Positions 1-11,476 of a stretch of 64,000 bases of DNA are shown piece after piece (within the stretch, counting starts at the first letter, position 1; each line of letters starts with the position of its first letter). The stretch comes from Chiloscyllium plagiosum (Eukaryota). A program made the translations under genes and the position numbers. Under the pieces are notes generated by a model that saw only the letters and a program-made list of their open reading frames with translations, had not been told where the DNA came from and searched no databases. The stretch lies in the NCBI RefSeq assembly GCF_004010195.1, contig NC_057753.1:11834815-11898814 (forward strand), written 5' to 3'.

Positions 1-3000
1 CAATGTAAACTACTCTACTTTTGAGTATATAAAATGGTTAGAAAAGAAACGAAGGTTTTGTCTTTTATTATAGATCAGTCTCACAAATTGTCAGCATTCT
101 GCACAATGTAAACTACTCTACTTTTGAGTATATAAAATGGTTAGAAAAGAAACGAAGGTTTTGTCTTTTATTATAGATCAGTCTCACAAATTGTCAGCAT
201 TCTGCACAATTTAAACTACTCTACTTTTGAGTATATAAAATGGTTGTTAGAAAAGAAACAAAGGTTTTGTCTTTTATTATAGATCAGTCTCACAAATTGT
301 CAGCATTCTGCACAATGTAAACTACTCTACTTTTGAGTATATAAAATGGTTAGAAAAGAAACGAAGGTTTTGTCTTTTATTATAGATCAGTCTCACAAAT
401 TGTCAGCATTCTGCACAATGTAAACTACTCTACTTTTGAGTATATAAAATGGTTAGAAAAGAAACGAAGGTTTTGTCTTTTATTATAGATCAGTCTCACA
501 AATTGTCAGCATTCTGCACAATTTAAACTACTCTACTTTTGAGTATATAAAATGGTTGTTAGAAAAGAAACAAAGGTTTTGTCTTTTATTATAGATCAGT
601 CTCACAAATTGTCAGCATTCTGCACAATGTAAACTACTCTACTTTTGAGTATATAAAATGGTTAGAAAAGAAACGAAGGTTTTGTCTTTTATTATAGATC
701 AGTCTCACAAATTGTCAGCATTCTGCACAATGTAAACTACTCTACTTTTGAGTATATAAAATGGTTAGAAAAGAAACGAAGGTTTTGTCTTTTATTATAG
801 ATCAGTCTCACAAATTGTCAGCATTCTGCACAATTTAAACTACTCTACTTTTGAGTATATAAAATGGTTGTTAGAAAAGAAACAAAGGTTTTGTCTTTTA
901 TTATAGATCAGTCTCACAAATTGTCAGCATTCTGCACAATGTAAACTACTCTACTTTTGAGTATATAAAATGGTTAGAAAAGAAACGAAGGTTTTGTCTT
1001 TTATTATAGATCAGTCTCACAAATTGTCAGCATTCTGCACAATGTAAACTACTCTACTTTTGAGTATATAAAATGGTTAGAAAAGAAACGAAGGTTTTGT
1101 CTTTTATTATAGATCAGTCTCACAAATTGTCAGCATTCTGCACAATTTAAACTACTCTACTTTTGAGTATATAAAATGGTTGTTAGAAAAGAAACAAAGG
1201 TTTTGTCTTTTATTATAGATCAGTCTCACAAATTGTCAGCATTCTGCACAATGTAAACTACTCTACTTTTGAGTATATAAAATGGTTAGAAAAGAAACGA
1301 AGGTTTTGTCTTTTATTATAGATCAGTCTCACAAATTGTCAGCATTCTGCACAATGTAAACTACTCTACTTTTGAGTATATAAAATGGTTAGAAAAGAAA
1401 CGAAGGTTTTGTCTTTTATTATAGATCAGTCTCACAAATTGTCAGCATTCTGCACAATTTAAACTACTCTACTTTTGAGTATATAAAATGGTTGTTAGAA
1501 AAGAAACAAAGGTTTTGTCTTTTATTATAGATCAGTCTCACAAATTGTCAGCATTCTGCACAATGTAAACTACTCTACTTTTGAGTATATAAAATGGTTA
1601 GAAAAGAAACGAAGGTTTTGTCTTTTATTATAGATCAGTCTCACAAATTGTCAGCATTCTGCACAATGTAAACTACTCTACTTTTGAGTATATAAAATGG
1701 TTAGAAAAGAAACGAAGGTTTTGTCTTTTATTATAGATCAGTCTCACAAATTGTCAGCATTCTGCACAATTTAAACTACTCTACTTTTGAGTATATAAAA
1801 TGGTTGTTAGAAAAGAAACAAAGGTTTTGTCTTTTATTATAGATCAGTCTCACAAATTGTCAGCATTCTGCACAATGTAAACTACTCTACTTTTGAGTAT
1901 ATAAAATGGTTAGAAAAGAAACGAAGGTTTTGTCTTTTATTATAGATCAGTCTCACAAATTGTCAGCATTCTGCACAATGTAAACTACTCTACTTTTGAG
2001 TATATAAAATGGTTAGAAAAGAAACGAAGGTTTTGTCTTTTATTATAGATCAGTCTCACAAATTGTCAGCATTCTGCACAATTTAAACTACTCTACTTTT
2101 GAGTATATAAAATGGTTGTTAGAAAAGAAACAAAGGTTTTGTCTTTTATTATAGATCAGTCTCACAAATTGTCAGCATTCTGCACAATGTAAACTACTCT
2201 ACTTTTGAGTATATAAAATGGTTAGAAAAGAAACGAAGGTTTTGTCTTTTATTATAGATCAGTCTCACAAATTGTCAGCATTCTGCACAATGTAAACTAC
2301 TCTACTTTTGAGTATATAAAATGGTTAGAAAAGAAACGAAGGTTTTGTCTTTTATTATAGATCAGTCTCACAAATTGTCAGCATTCTGCACAATTTAAAC
2401 TACTCTACTTTTGAGTATATAAAATGGTTGTTAGAAAAGAAACAAAGGTTTTGTCTTTTATTATAGATCAGTCTCACAAATTGTCAGCATTCTGCACAAT
2501 GTAAACTACTCTACTTTTGAGTATATAAAATGGTTAGAAAAGAAACGAAGGTTTTGTCTTTTATTATAGATCAGTCTCACAAATTGTCAGCATTCTGCAC
2601 AATGTAAACTACTCTACTTTTGAGTATATAAAATGGTTAGAAAAGAAACGAAGGTTTTGTCTTTTATTATAGATCAGTCTCACAAATTGTCAGCATTCTG
2701 CACAATTTAAACTACTCTACTTTTGAGTATATAAAATGGTTGTTAGAAAAGAAACAAAGGTTTTGTCTTTTATTATAGATCAGTCTCACAAATTGTCAGC
2801 ATTCTGCACAATGTAAACTACTCTACTTTTGAGTATATAAAATGGTTAGAAAAGAAACGAAGGTTTTGTCTTTTATTATAGATCAGTCTCACAAATTGTC
2901 AGCATTCTGCACAATGTAAACTACTCTACTTTTGAGTATATAAAATGGTTAGAAAAGAAACGAAGGTTTTGTCTTTTATTATAGATCAGTCTCACAAATT

Positions 3001-3072
3001 GTCAGCATTCTGCACAATTTAAACTACTCTACTTTTGAGTATATAAAATGGTTGTTAGAAAAGAAACAAAGG
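1..3072. repeat. Higher-order tandem array (312-bp unit = 103+103+106-bp monomers), derived from ERV LTR U3
   Basis: Monomers start at 1, 104, 207, 313 and so on. Every third monomer carries the variants caattt, ggttgttag and acaaagg. The sequence at position 1 recurs exactly at 1561 (5x312). There are 29 full monomers plus a partial one ending at the gag junction. The monomer matches LTR positions 4660-4763. Confidence 0.97.
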
Positions 3073-3702
3073 GGGTACGTTCACATATCCCGTCCTTCCT
3101 TCCTCGCCCCCCATGGGCACTTCCCGGAGTGGATTCATTCTTGCAATCGAGACAGGGTTTTGTCTGTGACCCTTTTCAGCTTGAGATCTGGTCTGTACCC
3201 CTGAGGTAGTTTGTGGTTCCTCCCCATTTTCTTCCCCTTCCCCTGAATCGTCGTCACCCGAAGGAACATTTTGTGGGGCAGACGGGGTCACGTAGGGCGG
3301 CGGTAAGTGATCTAAAGGGTCCCATTCTTTCTGCCCTTTCGAGTCTTTATTAGTTACCTGCATTTGACAAGATATCGTAACCGGCAGCCAACAAAGGGCA
3401 TAATCACTTTCTTCCAGATTAACATCAGGTTTTGAATTGACATATAAAATGAGGGCTTGCCGGACCCAGTCTTCGTCAGTACCGAATCTAGGCCACCACA
3501 CTGAGTTGCCCTGAATAGGTTTCTGGGACCACTTTTGACAGTATTTTACCATCTTCCTTTTAGATTTTCCCTTTCTTCCACCCTGATCCCAATTATTTAG
3601 CATTCTCCCTAACGGAGTATCGTCAGGTACCCCGGGGTATGTGTCATTGTCCCTGTTTAAGCCTACCTTTCCCTTAATCGCCTTAGATCCCTTATTTCAC
3701 AT
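3055..3702 (-). pseudogene. gag: Truncated class I (gamma-like, HERV-I-resembling) ERV gag
   Basis: ATG at 3702 reads M-*-NKGSK (GGA>TGA in a myristoylation motif), then DTPLGRMLNNW, the late-domain motifs PPPY and PSAP, and PLREVPMGG..GYVNVP at the capsid start. The ORF is then cut and ends in a stop supplied by the tandem array. Confidence 0.88.
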
Positions 3703-3789
3703 TTCTGAGGACTTCGTATTTTTCCCGTGATAATCTATCACAATGTAGCCAATTCCCGGACCTTCAGTCCCGTGATCGCCCAGGTTCCT

Positions 3790-4006
3790 TTGCAGGCACC
3801 CCCGGTCTTTGGATTCCTGTGTCCTACGTCTCTGTGACACAAATCACAGGCACCCCGTAGGTACACGTTCCTCCTCAAACACGGTCTCTGCAAAATCCCT
3901 CACAGGCGAGCCCCGGTCTCTAGATTCCTGAGTCCCACGTCTCTGTAGAAAAAATCCACAGGCACCCCGTAGGTCCCCAGTCCTCCGGAAACATGGTCCC
4001 CGCAAG
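3790..4006 (-). repeat. Imperfect ~112-bp direct repeat in the ERV leader
   Basis: caggcacccc..ggattcctg..cgtctctgt..cacaggcaccccgtaggt occurs twice (about 3792-3900 and 3903-4006). Confidence 0.75.
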
Positions 4007-4010
4007 TTTT

Positions 4011-4020
4011 TTCTTACCTG
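4011..4020 (-). promoter_or_regulatory. Candidate retroviral major splice donor
   Basis: Minus strand reads CAG|GTAAGAA between the PBS and gag. Confidence 0.55.
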
Positions 4021-4219
4021 GGTTCGGTGCACCGAAATTACTCGATCGTTAACCGTCCCCACTGCCTCGGGTATACCCCTCCTTTGTTTTCCTGAGCCTC
4101 CCGGATATCACTCGCTCAAGCCGCGCGGGGTGACAAGCAAGGAATCAGGGACTGCTGAACTTAGCAGGGTGCACCTTCTCCGATATCCTTCCTCAACTCC
4201 CCTTGCGGCCGGAGTGTTG

Positions 4220-4240
4220 ATCCCGGATGAAGAGCCCCCA
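4220..4240 (-). promoter_or_regulatory. Primer binding site, tRNA-Pro-like
   Basis: Minus strand TGGGGGCTCTTCATCCGGGAT versus canonical PBS-Pro TGGGGGCTCGTCCGGGAT (3-nt insertion, 1 mismatch), 4 nt after the LTR terminal CA. Confidence 0.8.
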
Positions 4241-4244
4241 AGTT

Positions 4245-4811
4245 TGTTAGAAACGAAAATCGCTTCTCAATAATCGCTCTAGACAAATTCAGGAAAACAA
4301 AGTTTTATTAACAAGTCAAGTCTGCAGAGTCGGGCACCCTTGAAGAAAAGGCGCGCTGAGGCTTACAAAGTCTCCCATTATATACAGCACAAGTCCCTCC
4401 TCTCCTTGGCTCCAACAAGCCATGAGGTTCACATTCTTAAAAACATCATTATTCTTATCACAAAGTCTGCAACAAAAGGCTCCAGAGTCTCCAAAGTTGT
4501 TGTTTTTCTCACCCTGTAGTCTTATCAGTCAAAGGCTTTAATCTGTTAAAGATGTCTCTCGAGTCGTTCCCCCATCCTGGAGTCTTATCAGTCAAGGACC
4601 CATCCTTCCCGCCTGTGTCAATGGTTTCATCAATCAAGGGCCTGCTTGTTTTTACTCTGCTCACAAATTGTCAGCATTCTGCACAATTTAAACTATTCTA
4701 CTTTTGAGTATATAAAATGTTCTAGAAAAGAAACAAAAGTTTTGTCTTTTATTATAGACCAGTCTGTGGTCCAGGCACATCTTAAAGTTTAAACCGAAAT
4801 TACCTCTCACA
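4245..4811 (-). mobile_element. ERV 5' LTR (~567 bp)
   Basis: Minus strand runs TGTGAGA...TCTAACA (near-inverted termini), with TATATAA at about 4378-4384 and AATAAA at about 4304-4309. The PBS is adjacent and CR1 3' sequence forms the outer flank. Confidence 0.88.
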
Positions 4812-5239
4812 GACGGGTACATAAATAGGCAGGGTTTTAAGGCAAATGGGACTAGTTCAGTTTAGGGCAATTTAGCCCCATCCTTCTCCCTTACCCTGAA
4901 CAAGTAACACATTCCCACTTGAGATGTCCAACTCATTTTTGGGAGTTGGATCTACTCCCACCAGGAATTCAGACAATATCGTCGAGATCATCAGAGTAAA
5001 ATAATCTATTCCTGGCCTCTGTTCTGGATTCCTTTCTTCTGTCCATTATTTCGGAGCTGCGTGCTGTGGTCACCAAACACCCTTGCAGTGTCAGTCATTT
5101 CCTCCTGCTGTCCGTCTAATTGTGTTTCGACCCCCTCTGGTCTGAGGAACGTCTCCAGTCTCTCTCTCTCTGTGTGCTCAGAAACACATCAGGTGCCCGA
5201 AAATCATGGACCCAAGCCCCAGACAGATCCCAGGGAGCG

Positions 5240-5480
5240 GGACAGACTCGAGGGTCTTCCCAAAACTCAACTGGAAGTAAGCACGGGCAGTTTCCTTCCC
5301 CCAAGGACATGGGTAAACCAGATGGATGTTCTCCCCCCCCAAGTAATCGACAGTGGATTTACGGTCGCCATTAGAATCTTAATTCCAGATTCCGTTTCTT
5401 TTCACTGAGTTCAAAATCCACCGTGGTGCAGACTCGAAGCTGGTTCCCAGAACATTGCTGGGTCTCTGGATTAACAGTCC
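5240..5480 (-). mobile_element. tRNA-derived SINE, second family (related copies at about 9430-9745, 19740-19870, 39955-40300)
   Basis: Shared text gtctggagtcaca..ggcagtttccttccc..ccagatggg..aattccagat..gaattcaaattccacc..ttcgaacc across copies, with a B-box-like GGTTCGAA on the minus strand. Confidence 0.65.
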
Positions 5481-5489
5481 AGCGCTAGC

Positions 5490-5955
5490 TTTAGGGAACA
5501 TCTCCGAGACACCCGCACCAATCAACCACTCCGCCCCGTGGCCCAACATTTCAACTCCCCCTCCCACTCTGCCGAGGACATGGAGGTCCTGGGCCTCCTT
5601 CACCGCCGCTCCCTCACTCATCCTAGTTTCAAACTTCCAGCTCAGCACTGTCCCCATGACTTGTCCTACCTGCCTATCTCCTTTTCCACCTATCCACTCC
5701 ACCCTCTCCTCCCTGACCTATCACCTTCATCCCCTCCCCCACTCACCCATTGTACTCTATGCTACTCTCTCCCCACACCCACCCTCCCCTAGCTTATCTC
5801 TCCACGCTTCAGGCTCACTGCCTTTATTCCTGATGAAGGGCTTTTGCCCGAAACGTCGATTTCGCTGCTCCTCGGATGCTGCCTGAACTGCTGTGCTCTT
5901 CCAGCACCACTGATCCAGAATCTGGTTTCCAGCATCTGCAGTCATTGTTTTTACC
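5490..5955 (+). mobile_element. Penelope-like element 3' fragment (GIY-YIG C-terminus plus pseudo-LTR)
   Basis: Translates EHLRDTRTNQP..VAQHFNSPSHSAEDMEVLGLL, followed by a pyrimidine-rich UTR and a pLTR with a hammerhead motif. Confidence 0.8.
5826..5862 (+). ncRNA. Minimal type I hammerhead ribozyme motif in a Penelope pLTR
   Basis: CTGATGA (5830-5836), A, stem II GGGC-TTTT-GCCC, GAAA, palindromic ACGT, GTC cleavage triplet. Stem I is short and imperfect (attc/gatt). Confidence 0.7.
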
Positions 5956-6942
5956 CCGCTAGGACATTGCCAGGTCACTGAAAGGCAGGTAGAGAGAGAA
6001 TGGTAACCTGGTCAGTGGGGCACAGTGGAGCCGGGCTCGATTCCAACCTCGGACGACCGTCCCTGCAGAGTCTGCACATTCACCCCCCCTCACCCCCCCA
6101 CCCCCCAACCCCTCCACCCCTTCCCCCAAGCCCGTGGCACACTCCAAACATGCACAGGTTCAGATGGTTTGGCCATGGTGTCCAGGGAGGTACAGGTTAA
6201 GGTGGGGAAACGCAGGGTGACAGGGATGGGGGTTCCGGGGGCTGGGGTTTCTGCAGAATGGGAACAGGGTGGAGGGCGCGCTGACAAACAGGGTGAAGGG
6301 CTTTCGCCCTGAACTCCCAGTCTTGCCCCTGCGCTCCTCGCACGCTGCCTGACCTGCTAGGGGCTTCTCCAGCCCCAGTTCTGAGCTTGACTCCGACCTG
6401 CAGCACCCAGTTCTGCCCTCCCAAACAAAAGAATCCCGGAGAATGATGGCAGGGCGGGAGGTGCAGAGGGATCACGGCTGGCTGGACAGGGCGGCTCCCT
6501 AAGATCAACTGTGGCTGCAAGGGAGACCACCCAGGCCTTGGAAAAATAATAACGACCTTGCATCGGATTGAAACTACCTCCACGCCTGTGCTTTTCTACC
6601 ACAAAGCCGACTTCTAGGGGTTTAAAACATCTGCGCTGTCCTGAACGCGATCAATAGCAAAATGGAACCCCAAACACTTGACTCCCTGGTGTTAGCACAG
6701 GGGACGAGTTGAGTGAATCCCATTCTCCCCCCCACCTCCACACACACACACACATATACAGTCTCACCAACCCCTGGGGCGCTAACTCTTCTTCTCGCCC
6801 AGAGCGGGTGGGGGGAGAGATCCGGTCGTCAAACCAAAAGGGAAACACGAGAGAGTGAGATAGGTGAACGTGGGGGTGGGGGGGGAGGGGAGAGAAAGGG
6901 AAGGCAGTAGCTGGAGGAGAGGGAGGTTAGACACCTACTTTC

Positions 6943-7068
6943 TAAAGGTAAAACCAAGGGCTGCAGATGCTGGAAACCAGAGTCTAGATTAGAGTGTGGG
7001 GCTGGAAAAGCACAGCAGGTCAGGCAGCATCCCAGGAGCAGGACAATCAACGTTTAGGGCAAAAGCCC
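6943..7068 (-). mobile_element. Short Penelope pLTR insertion with 11-bp TSD
   Basis: Flanked by cacctactttc at 6932-6942 and 7069-7079. Confidence 0.75.
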
Positions 7069-7747
7069 CACCTACTTTCCATAGAGAATCCCTACAGTAT
7101 CGCAGTTAGACAGTAGTGTTGGCGGGGGGGGGGAAAGAAATAAACAGAAAAACCATTACATAGAAGTGTCCACTCTGAGAGGTGGTTCTGAGGGAGCTGG
7201 CCCAGCGTTCAAGGAATCTCCTCTAGATTGCTTCAGGAGGAGGGGGAACTGATTCTGGGGCTAGCTGGCCCACAGCCAGTGCCAGAGAAGGAAGAAGGGA
7301 GAAAAAGCAAAATCCCTACAGTGGGGCCAACAGGCCCTTCAGCCCAACAGGTCCACACCGACCCATTCCCCACCCCTATGACTCGACATTTAACCCCCCC
7401 CCCCGACGCTAACCTGTTGGAGGATTCGGAGAGGTGAGGAATGGTTAGGGATAGTCAGCACGGTCTCTTTGTGGGAGGGAACCGCGTCCCGCTGGGGAGC
7501 AGCGCGGGGTGGGGGGGGGGGAGGTTTAGCGAGCGGGTGTGGGCACCGCCACCTCAGCGCTCCCCTTCCCTGGTCACAGACCTGTCGGCCGTCCCAGTCC
7601 AGGAGGGGCCGGCTCCAGTGAAACCAGGGCACAAAGCTGACGCCCGTCGTCCTCGGGTCTCTGAAAGCCGTCTCCGCTGCCTCACCAATGGACTGCCTGG
7701 CAACCGTCTCAGGCTGAATCAAACAGGCCATAGCCATGGTGGAAGAG

Positions 7748-9240
7748 AGTCATAGAGGTGGGCAGCACGGAAACAGACCCTTCGGCCCAACCCATCCATG
7801 CCGACCAGATATCCCAACCCAATCTAGTCCCACCTGCCAGCACCCGGCCCATATCCCTCCAAACCCTTCCTATTCATATACCCATCCAAATGCCTCTTAA
7901 ATGTCGCAATTGTACCAGCCTCCACCACATCCTCTGGCAGCTCATTCCATACACGTACCACCCTCTGCGTGAAAAAGTTGCCCCTTAGTGCTCTTTTATA
8001 TTTTTCCCCTCTCACCCTAAACCTATGCCCCTCTAGTTCTGGTCTCCCCAACCCCAGGGAAAAGACTTTGTCTATTTATCCTATCCATGCCCCTCATAAT
8101 TTTGTAAACCTCTATAAGGTCACCCCTCAGCCTCCGACACTCCAGGGAAAACAGCCCCAGCCTGTTCAGCCTCTCCNNNNNNNNNNNNNNNNNNNNNNNN
8201 NNNNNNNNNNNNNNNNNNNNNNNNNNNNNNNNNNNNNNNNNNNNNNNNNNNNNNNNNNNNNNNNNNNNNNNNNNNNNNNNNNNNNNNNNNNNNNNNNNNN
8301 NNNNNNNNNNNGCTAAGATTTGCTTTCCCAAAATGCAGCACCTCGCATTTATCTGAATTAATCTCCATCTGCCACTTCTCAGCCCATTGGCCCATCTGGT
8401 CAATATCCTGTTGTAATCTGAGGTAACCCTCTTCGCTGTTCACTACACCTCCAATTTTGGTGTCATCTGCAAACTTACTAACTGTACCTCTTATGCTTGC
8501 ATCCAAATCATTTATGTAGATGAAAAAAAGTAGAGGACCCAGCACTGATCCTTGTGGCACTCCACTGGTCACAGGCCTCCAGTCTGAAAAACAACCCTCC
8601 ACCACCATCCTGTGTCTTTTACCTTTGAGCCAGTTCTGTATCCAAATGGCTAGTTCTCCCTGTGTTCCATGAGATCTAACCTTGCTAATCAGTCTCCCAT
8701 GGGGAACCTTGTCGAACGCTTTACTGAAGTCCATAAAGATCACATCTACAGCTCTGCCCTCATCAATCTTCTTTGTTACTTCTTCAAAAAACTCAACCAA
8801 GTTTGTGAGACATGATTTCCCAACTACAAAGCCATGTTGACTACCCCTAATCAGTCCTTGCCTTTCCAAATACATGGACATCCTGTCCCTCCGGATTCCC
8901 TCCAACAACTTGCCCACCACCGAGGTCAGGCTCACCGGTCTATAGTTCCCTGGCTTGTCCTTACCACCCTTCTTAAACAGTGGCACCACGTTTGCCAACC
9001 TCCAGTCTTCCGGCACCTCACCTGTGACTATCGATGATACAACTATCGCAGCAGGAGGCCCAGCAATCACTTCTCTAGCTTCCCACAGAGTTCTCGGGTA
9101 CACCTGATCAGGTCCTGGGGATTTATCCACCTTTAACCGTTTCAAGACATCCAGCACTTCCTCCTCTGTATATCGGGACATTTTGCAAGACGTCACCATC
9201 TATTTCCCTACAGTCTATATATCTTCCATGTCCTTTATCT
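7748..9240 (-). mobile_element. CR1-clade LINE, 5'-truncated ORF2 reverse transcriptase plus 3' UTR (N gap 8177-8311)
   Basis: ORF 8120..9199 contains KSPGPD, GNYRPVSLTS, QHGF, DFSKAFD, SGVPQGSVLGP, KFADD and RRLRGDLIEVYK; ctatga tail. Confidence 0.95.
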
Positions 9241-10119
9241 AGCCTTGGTAACCAGCCTCCCATGGGGAACCTTGTCGAACGCCTAACTTGAAGTCCATAT
9301 AGGTAGTCCATCCTGGGATGAAGAATCTGTCCCCATCATCACCCCGACTGCCCACTTCCCCACACCGTTCTGCCAGGGTTTTCAGCTGCGGCTGCAACTC
9401 TCGCCCATTCCCTTTGTCTTTTCGGTTTCAATTCATTCACCGGACGAGGGCCATCATCTACTGCCCATCCCTTATTACCCAGGGGGGCGACGGGTAAGAG
9501 TCAACCACATCGCTGCGGGTCTGGAGTCACACATTGGCCAGACCAGGTGAGGATGGCAGCTTCCTTCCCTCAAGGACCTCAGTGGAGCAGACGGGGCTCC
9601 AGCCACGGGTTCACGGGCATCGCTAAAATTCCAGACATTCACCAAATTCACCTGCCGTGGCGGGATTCGGAACCAGCTCCCCAGGACCTGACCTGGGCCT
9701 TTGAATGAACAGTCCCGCGATAATGCCGCTAAGCCATCGCCTCCCCTTGAGATCTCTCGAGTTAACCCCCCCCTTGGGGTCTCCGGTATTAACTGCCCTC
9801 ACACACTCACCTCACTGTTCTCACAGTCCTCGCCATGTTCTTAGCCGACTTCCTTGAATTGAGCTCAGTTTCCTGTTCCATTGCCACATCTATTGACTGT
9901 ATCTAAATGAGACTACTGGCACTGTCCATTCCCCCGACCATGCGTAGCTCCCTTGGAAATGTCATATTGCGCCCTCCCCCCACCCCCACCCCCACTGGCT
10001 CCCACAGTGCTGCAAGGGAAGGAGTTACAGGTTGCTCACCCACTGATGTAATCCTGAGGTCCCTCAAATCTCTTGGTGCATAATCGCACCAAGTCTTGGA
10101 ATCGTAGAATTTGTCTTGG

Positions 10120-11155
10120 AAGGTCTACGAGATCGTTTTGTGGCGGAGCCCACGAGGGAACAGGCAATACTGGATTTCGTGTTGTGCAATGAGATAGGGA
10201 GCTCAAAGTGAAGGAACCCTTCCTGATCACAATATGATTGAATGCACTCTGCAATTTGAGAGAGAGAGAGAGAGAGACAGAAGATAGAATCAGAAGGCAG
10301 TGTTGCAGCTGAATAAAGACAGCGTCAGAGGCATGAGGGAGGAGCTGGGAGAGGGGAATTGACTGGGAGAGGGGTCTAGCAGGAAGGACAGTGGGACAGC
10401 AATGGCAGGAGTTTCTGGGAGTAATTCAGGAGACCCAGCAGAGATTCACCCTGAGGAAAAAGCAGCAAGGTACAGGGAGGGTGAGGCAAGCATGGCTGAT
10501 GAGGGAAGTCAGAGACAACATAAAAGCAAAAGAGAGAGCATACATTGTGGGAAGGGCAGCAGGAAGCCAGAGGATTGGGAAGCTTACAAAGACCAACAGA
10601 GGACAATAAAAGAAGAAATAAGGAGGGAGAAGATTAAATATGAGGGTAAGCTAGCTAGTAATGTGAAGGAAGACTGTAAGAGTTTCTATAGATTTATTAA
10701 GGGCAAAAGAGAGGCAAAAGTGGACATTGGGCTGCTGGAAAATGTCGCTGGAAGGATAGCAGTGGGGAACAAGGAAATAGCTGAGGACCTGAATATTTAC
10801 TTCATGTCAGTCTTCATGGTGGAAGACATGTGTAATATCCCAAAAATTCAAGAGAGTGAGGGGGCAGGAGTGAGCATTGTGGCCATCAGCAAGGAGAATG
10901 GGCTAGAAAAACTGAATGGCTTAAAGATGGATAAATCCCCTGGACCAGATGGACTACAGCCCAGAGTTCTAAGGGAGATAGCTGAAGAAATAGTGGAGGT
11001 ATTAGTGATAATCTTTCAGGAATCGCTAGAATCGGGGGAGGGTCCCAGAGGACTTAAAAAATCGCTAACGTGACACCTCTGTTTAAAAAGAGAGTAAGGC
11101 AAAAGATTACAGACCGAGTAGCCTAACCTCAGTTGTGGGTAAGATCCTGGAATTT
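10120..11155 (+). mobile_element. CR1 LINE internal fragment (endonuclease C-terminus, linker, RT start), frameshifted
   Basis: PTREQAILD, DHNMIE, KYEGKLASNVKEDCKSFYRFIKGKR, KSPGPDGLQPRVLRE. Confidence 0.9.
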
Positions 11156-11158
11156 ATG

Positions 11159-11476
11159 GGTGGCACGGTGGCACAGTGGTTAGCACTGCTGCCTCACAGC
11201 GCCAGAGACCCGGGTTCAGTTCCCGCCTCAGGCGACTGACTGTGTGGAGTTTGCATGTTCTCCCCGTGTCGGCGTGGGTTTCCTCCGGGTGCTCCGGTTT
11301 CCTCCCACAGTCCAAAGATGTGCAGGGTCAGGTGAATTGGCCATGCTAAATTGCCCGTAGTCTTAGGTAAGGGGTAAATGTAGGGGCATGGGTGGGTTGC
11401 GCTTCGGCGGGTCGGTGTGGACTTGTTGGGCCGAAGGGCCTGTTTCCACACTGTAAATAATCTAATCTAATCTAAT
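11159..11476 (+). mobile_element. Full-length HE1-type V-SINE
   Basis: tRNA head with A box TGGCACAGTGG and B box GGTTCAGTTCC, V-domain tgtgtggagtttgca..gggtttcctccgggtgctccggtttcctcccaca, CR1-derived tail and (taatc)n. Confidence 0.92.

Noticed and set aside
1-3072. CRISPR-like array
   Set aside because: No unique spacers, monomers are contiguous, there are no cas genes and the context is vertebrate.
8120-9199. Intact reverse transcriptase gene
   Set aside because: A 5'-truncated CR1 ORF2 fragment with a gap, lacking the endonuclease and ORF1.
11159-11235. tRNA genes
   Set aside because: The A/B boxes belong to SINE heads followed by a V-domain; there is no full cloverleaf.
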